DNA of 64,000 nucleotides from Naegleria gruberi (taxonomy: Eukaryota). The notes beneath the pieces were generated by a model. It worked only from the letters and a program-made list of their open reading frames with translations, had not been told where the DNA came from and did no database searches. The position numbers were made by a program, and so were the translations under genes. Shown here in pieces: positions 20,716 to 30,788 of the stretch; positions within the stretch are counted from its first letter, which is position 1; each line of letters opens with the position of its first letter. The DNA lies in assembly GCA_000004985.1 (NCBI GenBank), contig GG738857.1. One strand, written 5' to 3'.

Positions 20716-21345
20716 ATGATTAGTTTGCAGAATAAGAGGTTGTATCTGTGGATATTCCTTGTGTTTTCCATTTCTTTCCTTTCTTTTTCCATGTTCTTAT
20801 TGGTTACTTCAACATTGTTAGTCAACCGAATTAATGATTTTCCTCCAATCAAGACAAGTGTTAAAACAACTTGTACCATTATCAATCCAAACATATATTG
20901 TGAAAAAACCTCTGTTCAAGATTACGTTGTTTTACACGGTACTTCCAAACAAGATCAAAGTGAAATCTTGAATTGCCATGCCTTACTCAAATACACCACT
21001 CAATCAGTTTACACACCAACTCTAGAGAGTGTTTCCTATTTTCCTCATTCATCCACCAGTTCCCAACATTCCTACAAGGAGGGAGAAGTGGTTGAATGTT
21101 TCTATGATCATCTTCGTCCTCAAATTGTCAGCTATTATCATACCATTGTAGTGGAGGATAAAACCACTTGGTACAAGGTTAAGGAAATTGGCTATGTTGG
21201 TTTGGCTGCTTGTGCTATCCTTGCACTCACTAGTGTCGTTTGTATGTTTGCTTCATGTTGGTGTTCCTTCTTGTATAATAGAGAGGTGAGGAGGTATGGT
21301 AATGCTGATGTTGGAGTTAAGGAGTTTCCGTACAGCAATGGATAA
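20716..21345 (+). CDS. Hypothetical membrane protein with an N-terminal transmembrane helix, a Cys-containing lumenal or extracellular domain and a C-terminal transmembrane helix.
   Basis: ATG-initiated 209-aa ORF. Hydrophobic segments: LWIFLVFSISFLSFSMFLLVTSTLLV and YVGLAACAILALTSVVCMFASCWCSFL. Confidence 0.4.
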   Translation: MISLQNKRLYLWIFLVFSISFLSFSMFLLVTSTLLVNRINDFPPIKTSVKTTCTIINPNIYCEKTSVQDYVVLHGTSKQDQSEILNCHALLKYTTQSVYTPTLESVSYFPHSSTSSQHSYKEGEVVECFYDHLRPQIVSYYHTIVVEDKTTWYKVKEIGYVGLAACAILALTSVVCMFASCWCSFLYNREVRRYGNADVGVKEFPYSNG

Positions 21346-21856
21346 CTAGATAATTCTAGTTTAGTAATATATTGTTGTTTTCTAATTGAAACATTCATCA
21401 TCATCTTCATCAATAAATAGATAAATTAATAATTTCTCAACTGATAATTTTGTTCAATCATTAAGGACACATATCGCAAAGAAATTCCTTCCAAATTTCA
21501 ATCCTTAATCATCAGCCAACATATTATGGCAAGAAGTATATTAGTAATTCAACTCAATTTTTTCATCATCAATTTTTCACCATTTATTAACAATAGCTGT
21601 TTATGAGCTTCTTCGAACGGACGGGATTATTGAATATTTTATGAATGGACATTCTTGTTCTAAATGAACCCAAATATGGATAATAAGCGTTCTTTGGTAT
21701 CAAATCCAATTCTTCTCTTGTAGTGATACTCCATCGAACTCTTCGAAGATTTGAAAAATCCCCTCATCCGAAGCTAAGAAATAAAAAAATATCGCATTGT
21801 GACTACTGGTATTACATAGCCGAACAAGAATCCAACTGTAAATAATCAAAGAAGTA

Positions 21857-22841
21857 ATGAAAAGTAAAAGGCAACAAGAATATTCTCTGAAGGGAATTCG
21901 AATAATTGTAGTTTTGATGATGGTGATGATAGGTTTCTTCGGAATAATATCTTGTAAGGATGATTTTCGGGAAACAAGTAATGAATTGGCTTTGGAGTTC
22001 TTTCCTCTTGATAAATTGATTATGAAGAGTATTGTATTGGATGAATACAATAATGAACTTGTTTATAATATGGTCAATTTGACGAATAATGATTCCATGA
22101 CAAATGGAACAGATAGTAACAATTCGAGTGGGATTGAAGATAATCTTTTTTGGGTTATTGTCAAGTCAATTTATTTCAATGCATTTGGAAGTGGAGTGTT
22201 TGCTGGTTTGGTGACAATTGCTATCACTGTCATTATTGAAAAGTTTGGACCTCAGGTTGGAGGTGTTATTGGTACGTTGTAAACCAATTAGTTCAATTTT
22301 TTTAAATCAACTTTTAAATCAATAATAGGCACCTTACCAAGTACAATTATTCCAGCAACAATTGGGTTCTCAATTGAGGCAGATAAGAATTACGGAACAG
22401 ATCCAGAATTGAGGAAACACATGCTCATCCAGCAATTCTTTGTGATACCTTTGGCTGTTTTCTGCAATTGTCTCTTTTTGGTTATTTGGAAATATTCGCC
22501 ACACATTATTGATAGGATTAAACTTTTAATTGATAGGAAGAGAGGGAAGAGCAAGCAAATCAATATTGTTGCTTCTCATGAGGCAAGCGTTCAAGAAATG
22601 AATGAGATTCCATTTGAAGAAAACCATGATATACACGATGCAGATGAGGGACATCATCGTCCTTCTGTTGAGCTCCTCACTGCTGCACAAGGCACTGATG
22701 AACATAGTACCACTGAGCTCCAAACAGAAAGCCAACCAAGCAGAAAGTACCTTGTTGGAAAAATGTTTATTGTAATGACATTGTCATTGGTGGTATGGTT
22801 TACATTGGCTATTGTGATTGTGACAGTTACTAAGGTCGAAA
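21857..22841 (+). CDS. Multi-pass membrane protein. Exons 21857-22271 and 22329-22841 (intron 22272-22328, 57 bp, GTACGT..AATAG). The 3' end is lost in the assembly gap.
   Basis: ...FGPQVGGVIG|TLPSTIIPATIGFSIEADKNYGTDPELRKHMLIQQFFVIPLAVFCNCLFLVIWKY... is continuous after splicing and has several hydrophobic helices. The pre-gap part of the ORF-track 1523-aa ORF (22409 onward) belongs to this gene, not to the PPR gene. Confidence 0.5.
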
Positions 22842-23128
22842 NNNNNNNNNNNNNNNNNNNNNNNNNNNNNNNNNNNNNNNNNNNNNNNNNNNNNNNNNNN
22901 NNNNNNNNNNNNNNNNNNNNNNNNNNNNNNNNNNNNNNNNNNNNNNNNNNNNNNNNNNNNNNNNNNNNNNNNNNNNNNNNNNNNNNNNNNNNNNNNNNNN
23001 NNNNNNNNNNNNNNNNNNNNNNNNNNNNNNNNNNNNNNNNNNNNNNNNNNNNNNNNNNNNNNNNNNNNNNNNNNNNNNNNNNNNNNNNNNNNNNNNNNNN
23101 NNNNNNNNNNNNNNNNNNNNNNNNNNNN
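22842..23128. other. Assembly gap (287 N).
   Basis: N run. The length is not a multiple of 3, so frame continuity across it in the ORF track is an artefact. The gap probably arises from the near-identical PPR repeat units. Confidence 0.99.
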
Positions 23129-26100
23129 AACATGATCAAACAGTCAAACATTTCCAGCGTAACACTTGATGGCATACTAATCAAGTTTTATACAAAGTGT
23201 GGACACGAGGAAATGGCAATAGAGCTCTATAGAGATATCATTTCACAAAATAAGCCAATAGATGTCATAACTTTTACTTGTGTCATTCAAGCATTTGCTC
23301 AACAAAAACAAATAGAACAAGCAATAGGCGCTTTGGAGGAAATGAAAAAGAGAAATATTAACCCAAATAGTGTAACATTTACTATATTAATTAGGTTGTG
23401 TGCAGAAAATCAATATTACAAAGAAGGTGTGAAATTACATGAAATGATCAAAATATCGAAAATTTCGAGTTTAGAATTGAGTAACTCATTAATGAATTTT
23501 TACACAAAATGTGGTAAACCTGATGTTGCCCTTCAACTATTTGAACAACTCAAAGTTGGCAAAATGAAATTGAATGTAGCTTCTTGGTCATGTGCAATTC
23601 AGGCCCTTGGAGAGAAAAAAGACATCAGAGGAGCAATTGGTTTATTGGAAGAAATGCAAGCCAATAATATCAAAGCAGATTCTATTCTATTTACCATATT
23701 ATTATCTCTATGTGCAGACAATCAACTTTATGAAGAAGGAGTGAAATTACATGAAATTATCAACGTATTGAAAATTTCTAGTTTAGGATTGTCGAACACA
23801 TTAATGAATTTTTATAACAAATGTGATCAAACCAGTATATCACTTGAAATATTTGAAGAACTTAAAAAAGAAAACAAGACAAATGTTGTATCATGGAATT
23901 GTGCAATTCAAGCTCTTGCTAAACAGAAACATTTCAAAAAAGCTATTGATTTATTGGAAGAAATGGAATCAAACAAAGTCAAACCAGACACTATTACATT
24001 CACAATACTTATTAGTTTCTGCGCGGAAAATCAGCTCTATGAGGAAGGTGTAAAATTGCATGAGTTCATACAAAGGTTAAATGTATCGAGTTTGGAATTG
24101 AGCAATACATTGATGACCTTTTACACCAAATGTCACAAACCTGAAGTTTCACTCGCGATGTTTGAACATCTTACAAAAGAAAACAAAGCTGATAACGTAT
24201 CTTGGAATTGTGTAATTCAAGCACTTATCCAAAAAGAAGATATAACAAAGGTAACCGAGCTACTGGATAGTATGGCAAAAACCAATATTATGGTTGATGT
24301 TTCCATGTTAGTAGCTGTAGTGAATAAGTGCACAGAACGAAAATTGTTAAAGGAGGGAGTTTTGTTTCACAAGCAGATGAGAATACACAAAATTGAAAAT
24401 GTAGAATTGAGTAATTCCTTAATGAATTTTTACACTAAGTCTGGCCAACCTAATTTATCACTTGAAATATTTGAAGAACTTAAAAAAGAAAACAAGACGA
24501 ATGTTATATCATGGAATTGTGCAATCCAAGCTCTTGGACAAAAAAAAGACATCAACAAAGCTATTGATTTGTTAAAGGATATGCAAATCAATTCTGTTAA
24601 ACCAGACTTCGTAACATTTACTACATTAGTTAGTTTATGCGCAAAGAATCAGCTCTATAGCGAAGGAGTAACATTACATACAATTATCAAAAGCCTTGGT
24701 ATGGAAAATATAGAATTGTCAAACACATTAATGAATTTTTACACAAAATGTGGTAAACCTGATGTTGCCCTTCAACTATTTGAACAGCTCAAAATTGGCA
24801 AAATGAAATTGAATGTAGCTTCTTGGTCATGTGCAATTCAGGCCCTTGGAGAGAAAAAAGATATCAGAGGAGCAATTGGTTTATTGGAGGAAATGCAAGC
24901 CAATAATATCAAAGCAGATTCTATTTTATTTACCATATTATTATCTCTATGTGCAGACAATCAACTTTATGAAGAAGGAGTGAAATTACATGAAATAATC
25001 AAAGTATTGAAAATTTCTAGTTTGGAATTGTCACACACATTAATGAATTTTTACACAAAATGTGGCCACACTAACGTTGCGCTTCAGCTATTTGAGGACT
25101 TGAAAAAAGAAAATAATACCAATGCTATTTCTTGGAACAGTGCTATTCAAGCCTTAGTGCTAGCTAAAGACACCCAGAAAGCAATAGACCTTCTTGCAGA
25201 AATGCAATTGCTCAATGTTAAACCAGATACTATTACGTTCACTATATTAATTGGTCTGTGTGCAGAAAATCAATATTACAAAGAAGGAGTGAAATTACAT
25301 GAAATGATCAAAGTATTGAACATTTCAAGTTTAGAATTGAGTAATTCATTAATGAATTTTTACACAAAATGTGGTCAACCTGATGTTGCACTTCAACTAT
25401 TTGAACAGCTTAAAATTGACAAGATGAAAATGAATGTAGTTTCTTGGTCATGTGCAATTCAGGCCCTTGGAGAGAAAAAAGACATCAGAGGAGCAATTGG
25501 TTTATTGGAAGAAATGCAAGCCAATAATATCAAAGCAGATACTATTTTATTTACTATTTTACTAACTTTATGTGCAGACAATCAACTTTATGAAGAAGGA
25601 GTGAAATTACATGAAATAATCAAAGTATTGAAAATTTCAAGTTTGGAATTGTCAAATACATTAATGAATTTTTACACAAAATGTGGACAAACCAGTATAT
25701 CACTTGAAATATTTGAAGAACTTAAAAAAGAAAACAAGACAAATGTTGTATCATGGAATAGTGCAATCCAAGCTCTGCGATCTAGGAAAGATATTACAAG
25801 AGCCTTTGAATTGCTAGAGGAAATGAAAAAACTCAACATTGAACCAGATGAAATAACATATGTTAGCCTTCTTACTCTATGTGCAGACAGTGTTGCCATT
25901 AAGCAGGGAGAGGAGGTGGTGCAGCAGTTCAAAACAAAACATATAGCAAAAAGTGTCTTTTGGATTGGTGCAACTATAAGCTTTCATGCAAAAGTTGGAA
26001 GATTGGAAAGAGCAGAATCAGTATTCAATGAATATTTATCTAACAACCCACCATTTGATCCAATCTTGACAAGTGTTATGATAGATGCTTATGCCAAACA

Positions 26101-26980
26101 TGGAAAAGGAAAAGAGGCTGTTTATTTGTATCAACAAATAATTGATAGAAACCAACTCCCAAGTGCAGAGGCTGTTACAAGTGTTTTAACCGCTTGTAGT
26201 CATGCAGGGTTAGTTGATGAGGCAAGAAGAATTTACAAGTCAATTGAAAATACACAAGTATGTACACCAAGTCACAAAGCTTGTATGGTAGATGTTTTGG
26301 CCAGAAGTGGATATTTGGAGGAGGCTGAACAATTTATTGGTTCATCAAGAGATGTAGTTAGTTGGGTAACACTACTGGGAGCATGCAGAATTCATACGAA
26401 TGTTGAAATAGCTGAAAGAACGTTTGATATTCTCTTAGAAATAGACAATGAACAAGCTTCCCACTATGTACAAATGTCACATATTTACAATCAAATGGGA
26501 CAAATTGACAAGGCAAACGAAGTAAGGGAATTAATGAAACGTAATAATGCAACGAAAATTCCTGGAATTACCACTATTGAGGTTGATGGTGAGACCCATA
26601 ATTTTGTGTCAGATGATTCATACCACCCTAGAATGCAAGAAATTAACCAAGAGTTAGAAAAGCTGAATAAGGAAATGTTAGATGCTGGTTATGCTCCAGA
26701 TACTAGATGGGTAACAAGGTTAGATGTTGATCCAAATGATGAAAAAAAGAAGAAAGAATTATTATGTAGACACTCCGAAAGAATAGCAATGGCATTTGCT
26801 TTTATTTCATTACCAAAAGATGAACCAATTGTGATGAGAAAGAATTTGAGAGTGTGTGGCGATTGCCATACAGCTACCAAATTCATTTCCAAAATAAGAA
26901 AAAGGGAAATAATTGTGAGAGATGCCAGTAGGCATCATCATTTTAAAGATGGCAAATGCTCATGTGGTGACTTCTTCTAA
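23129..26980 (+). CDS. DYW-type PLS-class pentatricopeptide repeat protein, a plant-type organellar C-to-U RNA editing factor family. It is 5' partial because it starts inside the gap. It has at least 8 near-identical ~105-aa PLS triplet units, then E motifs and a DYW cytidine-deaminase-like domain.
   Basis: Repeating units ..LSNSLMNFYTKCGKPDVALQLFEQLK.GKMKLNVASWSCAIQALGEKKDIRGAIGLLEEMQANNIKAD.ILFTILL.LCADNQLYEEGVKLHEII.. recur with a period of about 600-1260 nt. The C-terminus KKELLCRHSERIAMAFAFISLPKDEPIVMRKNLRVCGDCHTATKFISKIRKREIIVRDASRHHHFKDGKCSCGDFF* carries the DYW-domain HSE and CxDCH zinc and deaminase signatures. It ends DFF in the position of the canonical DYW. Confidence 0.85.
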   Translation, partial: NMIKQSNISSVTLDGILIKFYTKCGHEEMAIELYRDIISQNKPIDVITFTCVIQAFAQQKQIEQAIGALEEMKKRNINPNSVTFTILIRLCAENQYYKEGVKLHEMIKISKISSLELSNSLMNFYTKCGKPDVALQLFEQLKVGKMKLNVASWSCAIQALGEKKDIRGAIGLLEEMQANNIKADSILFTILLSLCADNQLYEEGVKLHEIINVLKISSLGLSNTLMNFYNKCDQTSISLEIFEELKKENKTNVVSWNCAIQALAKQKHFKKAIDLLEEMESNKVKPDTITFTILISFCAENQLYEEGVKLHEFIQRLNVSSLELSNTLMTFYTKCHKPEVSLAMFEHLTKENKADNVSWNCVIQALIQKEDITKVTELLDSMAKTNIMVDVSMLVAVVNKCTERKLLKEGVLFHKQMRIHKIENVELSNSLMNFYTKSGQPNLSLEIFEELKKENKTNVISWNCAIQALGQKKDINKAIDLLKDMQINSVKPDFVTFTTLVSLCAKNQLYSEGVTLHTIIKSLGMENIELSNTLMNFYTKCGKPDVALQLFEQLKIGKMKLNVASWSCAIQALGEKKDIRGAIGLLEEMQANNIKADSILFTILLSLCADNQLYEEGVKLHEIIKVLKISSLELSHTLMNFYTKCGHTNVALQLFEDLKKENNTNAISWNSAIQALVLAKDTQKAIDLLAEMQLLNVKPDTITFTILIGLCAENQYYKEGVKLHEMIKVLNISSLELSNSLMNFYTKCGQPDVALQLFEQLKIDKMKMNVVSWSCAIQALGEKKDIRGAIGLLEEMQANNIKADTILFTILLTLCADNQLYEEGVKLHEIIKVLKISSLELSNTLMNFYTKCGQTSISLEIFEELKKENKTNVVSWNSAIQALRSRKDITRAFELLEEMKKLNIEPDEITYVSLLTLCADSVAIKQGEEVVQQFKTKHIAKSVFWIGATISFHAKVGRLERAESVFNEYLSNNPPFDPILTSVMIDAYAKHGKGKEAVYLYQQIIDRNQLPSAEAVTSVLTACSHAGLVDEARRIYKSIENTQVCTPSHKACMVDVLARSGYLEEAEQFIGSSRDVVSWVTLLGACRIHTNVEIAERTFDILLEIDNEQASHYVQMSHIYNQMGQIDKANEVRELMKRNNATKIPGITTIEVDGETHNFVSDDSYHPRMQEINQELEKLNKEMLDAGYAPDTRWVTRLDVDPNDEKKKKELLCRHSERIAMAFAFISLPKDEPIVMRKNLRVCGDCHTATKFISKIRKREIIVRDASRHHHFKDGKCSCGDFF

Positions 26981-27258
26981 TTTGATATGAAATTATATTG
27001 CTGGAAATAATTTGGATACTTTTTGTGGATAAAATTCTTAAATAGTTTCAAAATTGACTAATTTTAATTTATTCTTATTAGAAAAATAAAATTCGAAATC
27101 TTAATAAATGGTGCACAGAATTATTGCTTGTGAACATTTCAGTTTGAGTCATTAGTGCTTTTTGATTATTGTAAACAGTTGACTCTTTTGGTTCGATCTG
27201 TCAACTTGAACCATTTTTCACAAGGTCACCATCTTTCGAATAGATTGCAGAACTCAAA

Positions 27259-27663
27259 CTACTCATCCATTCCAAATTCCTCTCTCTTTTGATAAAATCC
27301 ATCCTTTGGATGATTTCTGTGCCACTTCTTATGATTAGTATCTCTATTATGATCATGTCTATAATGTTTCCACTTTTGTTGGTGATGTTCCTCTGCTGTT
27401 TTAATATATTCAACTCTTCTATATCCCTTCTCACTATTATACTTGTGATAGGAATTTGTAATGACCTCTTCCGATGATGAAGTGGCACTTGTCTTGTGCA
27501 ATCGATAGGCTCCACTCTTATATTGTAAATTGGTCGATGATTTAATTCGGAATTTACATCTTCCCTGTTGTGAGTAGGAATGATCAGTGTTGGTTTTATT
27601 GACTCGTGGAGTCATGCTGAATTTTACTAAACCAGCACGACATAGGGAACCCATCATCTTCAT
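27259..27663 (-). CDS. Hypothetical His/Lys-rich small protein.
   Basis: 134-aa ORF (..EEHHQQKWKHYRHDHNRDTNHKKWHRNHPKDGFYQKREEF..). Weak call with no recognisable domain. Confidence 0.25.
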   Translation of the reverse strand: MKMMGSLCRAGLVKFSMTPRVNKTNTDHSYSQQGRCKFRIKSSTNLQYKSGAYRLHKTSATSSSEEVITNSYHKYNSEKGYRRVEYIKTAEEHHQQKWKHYRHDHNRDTNHKKWHRNHPKDGFYQKREEFGMDE

Positions 27664-27929
27664 GATTATTTGTTTTTTTCTTCTTGATTTTTATTATTAG
27701 ATTTCAGAAGATGTGGAGAAATTTAGAGAAAATGTTCGGAAGAGTTCTTGTTTTTGTAATGTTGTGGAAAATTACAAAGAAATACAGTGTTAAATCCAAT
27801 ACTCTTCATCTTGATCCTATTGAATGTGTTACTACTAGTATTACACGAAAAAAATGTCCCAACATCAAGTGTATGATGAGTTGAAGAAGGTAAGGACATG
27901 ATGAATAAGCTTATCTCTAAAAAAGCAAA

Positions 27930-29474
27930 TTGCAACACATACGGAAGAAGAGTAGAGATAATCAAAAGTGGGAAGAAAATCGTAAAATATTGAGAAATTC
28001 GTTCATTCCGATCGAGTTTAGAAATGATCGTGATTATGTAAAGAGGAATGTCGAAATGTACAGTAGAACCTTTGAATGGGCTTCTGAGGAATTGAGATCC
28101 GATAAGAAATTAATCATGGAAGCATTGGTAAAGATGAGTTCCTTTCCGGCGTTGGAATTCATCTCTGATTCATTGAAGAAGGATCAGGAATTTATTAGTA
28201 AGATGATTGAACAAAATCCAATCTTGATGGATGGAGCCAGTGAATATAACATTAATTTTATTAAGGAGGCAATTAGAAAGGGGTTGAAGAAATTTCCTCC
28301 AAAGAAAGTAGCAGTTGTGGATAGGAAAGAAATGTTGGAAAAGTTCAAAAAGAAGGAGATTGAATTTTGGGATTTACCTGAAAAGTTTAAAAAGGATGAT
28401 GAATTTTGCTTGATTGCAATTCAGAGGAGTTTGAATATAATGCAGGAAATTGGGCCAAATCTGAGTAGAGAAATGATTATTAAGGCAGTGAGGGAAGCAT
28501 CGTTCCTTGCATTCTATCATGCTGATGAAAATTTAAAGAAGGATAAGTTGCTTATTGGAAGATTGATTAAAATAGATCCTCATGTATTATTATTTGCTGA
28601 TAAGGAGGTAAGAAAAGATAGAACAATTATATCAGATGCTGTTAAATTGGATGTTGAAACATTGAATTATGCCACAAATGATATTTTGAAAGATGTCCAA
28701 TTTGTACAGAAAATCAAGTCAACTGGAGGTTCAAAAGACTCTAAAAATCACAAAGAAGTCATTTTGTTAGCACTCTCTTATGCTCCAGAAATTGCTGCCA
28801 TCATACCCCTTTCTTTGAAGAAGAATAAGGAATTCATGCTTCAAGCAATCAATGCTGGAGGTTCAGAGGTGCTACATCATCTTCACGAATCATTGAAGGA
28901 TGATAAGGAATTCATACTAAAAGCAATCAAATCAATTGAATATTGTTCAATGTTGGCAGAATGCCTCCCAGAAAGTTTACTCTCAGATAAGGAAATTGTT
29001 TTGGCAGTTGTAGAGAAGGATCCAGGAAGTTTCAATCACTTTAAAAACTTGTCAGACATTCCATTCACTAGAGAGATGATTCTAAAAGTTGTGAAAGAAA
29101 GTGCAAGTGCATACAAGGGAATTCCAGAAGAATTCAAAAAAGATAAGGAAATTGCTTTAGAAACAATGAAGGGAGGCCTAGCCTACCTTATCAGTAAAGT
29201 ACCTGATGAATTAAAGAAAGATAGAGAATTTATTTTGAAATGTTCACAAGAGAATCCTGAAGTGGTTAGATATTGCATTGATGATTTCAGATTCGATTCA
29301 GAATTTTGTTTGCAAGCTATACGATTGAATGGATGTGTTCTTGGTAAGGTCCTGATAGACAAGACAAGAGAAATGGAAATTGAGGCTGTAAAACAGAATG
29401 GGTTCTTTCTTCCATCTAGTGAAATTCTGGGCGAATTGCTAAAGATTAGAATGGAACATTTCAACAGTATTTAA
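27930..29474 (+). CDS. DUF4116-type repeat protein (tandem ~35-aa repeats). The start is uncertain; the first in-frame ATG is at 28056.
   Basis: Repeated motifs ..LK.DKEF.L.A..(N/S)...L..(A/V).. occur more than 10 times, for example LKKDQEFISKMIEQNP, FKKDDEFCLIAIQRS, LKKDKLLIGRLIKIDP, LKKNKEFMLQAINAG, LKDDKEFILKAIKS, FKKDKEIALETMKG, LKKDREFILKCSQENP, FRFDSEFCLQAIRLNG, and end with REMEIEAVKQNGFFLPSS. This is typical of the DUF4116 repeat family. The ORF-track start is a TTG. Confidence 0.6.
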   Translation: MQHIRKKSRDNQKWEENRKILRNSFIPIEFRNDRDYVKRNVEMYSRTFEWASEELRSDKKLIMEALVKMSSFPALEFISDSLKKDQEFISKMIEQNPILMDGASEYNINFIKEAIRKGLKKFPPKKVAVVDRKEMLEKFKKKEIEFWDLPEKFKKDDEFCLIAIQRSLNIMQEIGPNLSREMIIKAVREASFLAFYHADENLKKDKLLIGRLIKIDPHVLLFADKEVRKDRTIISDAVKLDVETLNYATNDILKDVQFVQKIKSTGGSKDSKNHKEVILLALSYAPEIAAIIPLSLKKNKEFMLQAINAGGSEVLHHLHESLKDDKEFILKAIKSIEYCSMLAECLPESLLSDKEIVLAVVEKDPGSFNHFKNLSDIPFTREMILKVVKESASAYKGIPEEFKKDKEIALETMKGGLAYLISKVPDELKKDREFILKCSQENPEVVRYCIDDFRFDSEFCLQAIRLNGCVLGKVLIDKTREMEIEAVKQNGFFLPSSEILGELLKIRMEHFNSI

Positions 29475-29674
29475 CCAGCTCTCTTCATCCTATTATTACA
29501 TGTGACAATGTTCCAAATCTGTGTGATATGCGAAATATGCCAAACTTGTCAATGGATGAATATAAACCACTCCTGGAGTTATAGGTCCTATCTTATTATT
29601 GTAATCTCAATCTTTTCTGAACAATGCTGAACTAGTAGCTGTAATAATAAATTAGACCATTGTAACAAGACCCT

Positions 29675-30532
29675 TTATTTTCTCATCAATGTTCCATAAA
29701 TAATGTCTCCAACAAAAGAAACAGGAGTACAAAGAATTGAATAAGTCATAGAGGCAGCAAAACCAGAATAGAATCTACGTAAACCTTCACTCTTAATGGC
29801 CTTTACAGTTTCTGGTACTGATTGTTGTTCTGATTTCTTTTGAGCTTGTATACGTCTGGTAACTGTTAATAAAGGATAGGTAATAAGGCTTGTCAAAATA
29901 GTTGTCAATGTTCCACAAATTAATTCATCAGTAAATGAAGAACCTGTTGCAAGTGATTTACGTTTCAATAGTGGAGCCAAGGCACTATGAATAATAAGAT
30001 AAAATACAGAATGAATTTCGTTACCAATAACTTGAAGAAGGAAACCCCTATATAATCCTAATAATCCTTCTTCATTAAATACCTTCTTTAATCCAGTAAA
30101 AACATTATCATTAGTCATTGATGGATCGGAAACCAATTTTACATAAACTGTACTGAATGGTAAAGATAACAATGGACTAATTACATGTCCCAAGAAATTA
30201 TTATTTGGTACAATAGCAGAACAAAGACGTTTTCCTAAAACCTTTGCCCAAGCGTTCAGCAAACTTGCATCAAGTCCTCTATACAAAGCCAAACCATTAA
30301 TAACTTTCTTTTCCGAAGCTACAGTAGTAGATGTTGAATTATTCGTCGATGATGATAAAGATGATGTTGAATCATCAGTCTTTTTAGTGGTAACAATTTT
30401 AATCAGAACATGAAAGGCATTTCCCTGTACGGTACGTGTTTGTTGGGCAACTTGAATACGCTGTATTGGAGAACAAACAACTCGGGCCAGTGTTTGAGTA
30501 AAGACTTCTCTAGTGATGGAAATATCCTGCAT
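29675..30532 (-). CDS. Mitochondrial carrier family (solute carrier 25-like) protein.
   Basis: ATG at 30532. The 285-aa product shows tripartite carrier-like repeats with hydrophobic helices and G..LYRG motifs (GLALYRGLDASLL, EGLLGLYRGFLLQVIGNEIHSVFYLII, RRFYSGFAASMTYSILCTPVSFV). Confidence 0.6.
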   Translation of the reverse strand: MQDISITREVFTQTLARVVCSPIQRIQVAQQTRTVQGNAFHVLIKIVTTKKTDDSTSSLSSSTNNSTSTTVASEKKVINGLALYRGLDASLLNAWAKVLGKRLCSAIVPNNNFLGHVISPLLSLPFSTVYVKLVSDPSMTNDNVFTGLKKVFNEEGLLGLYRGFLLQVIGNEIHSVFYLIIHSALAPLLKRKSLATGSSFTDELICGTLTTILTSLITYPLLTVTRRIQAQKKSEQQSVPETVKAIKSEGLRRFYSGFAASMTYSILCTPVSFVGDIIYGTLMRK

Positions 30533-30788
30533 CTTTTGTTTTTGAATATTTTTTTAAATATAAAGTGCGCCAATTTTAAATCAAAATCAATTTCTTTTTT
30601 AGCCCTCAGTCAATAGTTCAATTCTGTGTTATGATGATTGTTTTATTATTAAGATGAGTATTAGTACTGATTGTTGTTGATTTTTAATGTTGTACAGGTA
30701 ATAGTGGGTAGGAAATGAATTTTTGAAAGTCCGATTTCAATGTCCTCTCTTAAGGATTACAATAAGGAATTCATGATATTGTGTGGAT

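Noticed and set aside
22409-26980. Single 1523-aa ORF spanning the N gap.
   Set aside because: It is a chimera: the pre-gap part is the 3' exon of the membrane-protein gene at 21857, and the post-gap part is the PPR-DYW gene. The gap length is 287, not divisible by 3.
23129-26980. The ~600-1260-bp periodic repeats as a satellite or mobile-element array.
   Set aside because: The repeats lie entirely within one open reading frame and encode PLS-type PPR motifs. They are intragenic protein repeats, not a non-coding tandem array or transposon.
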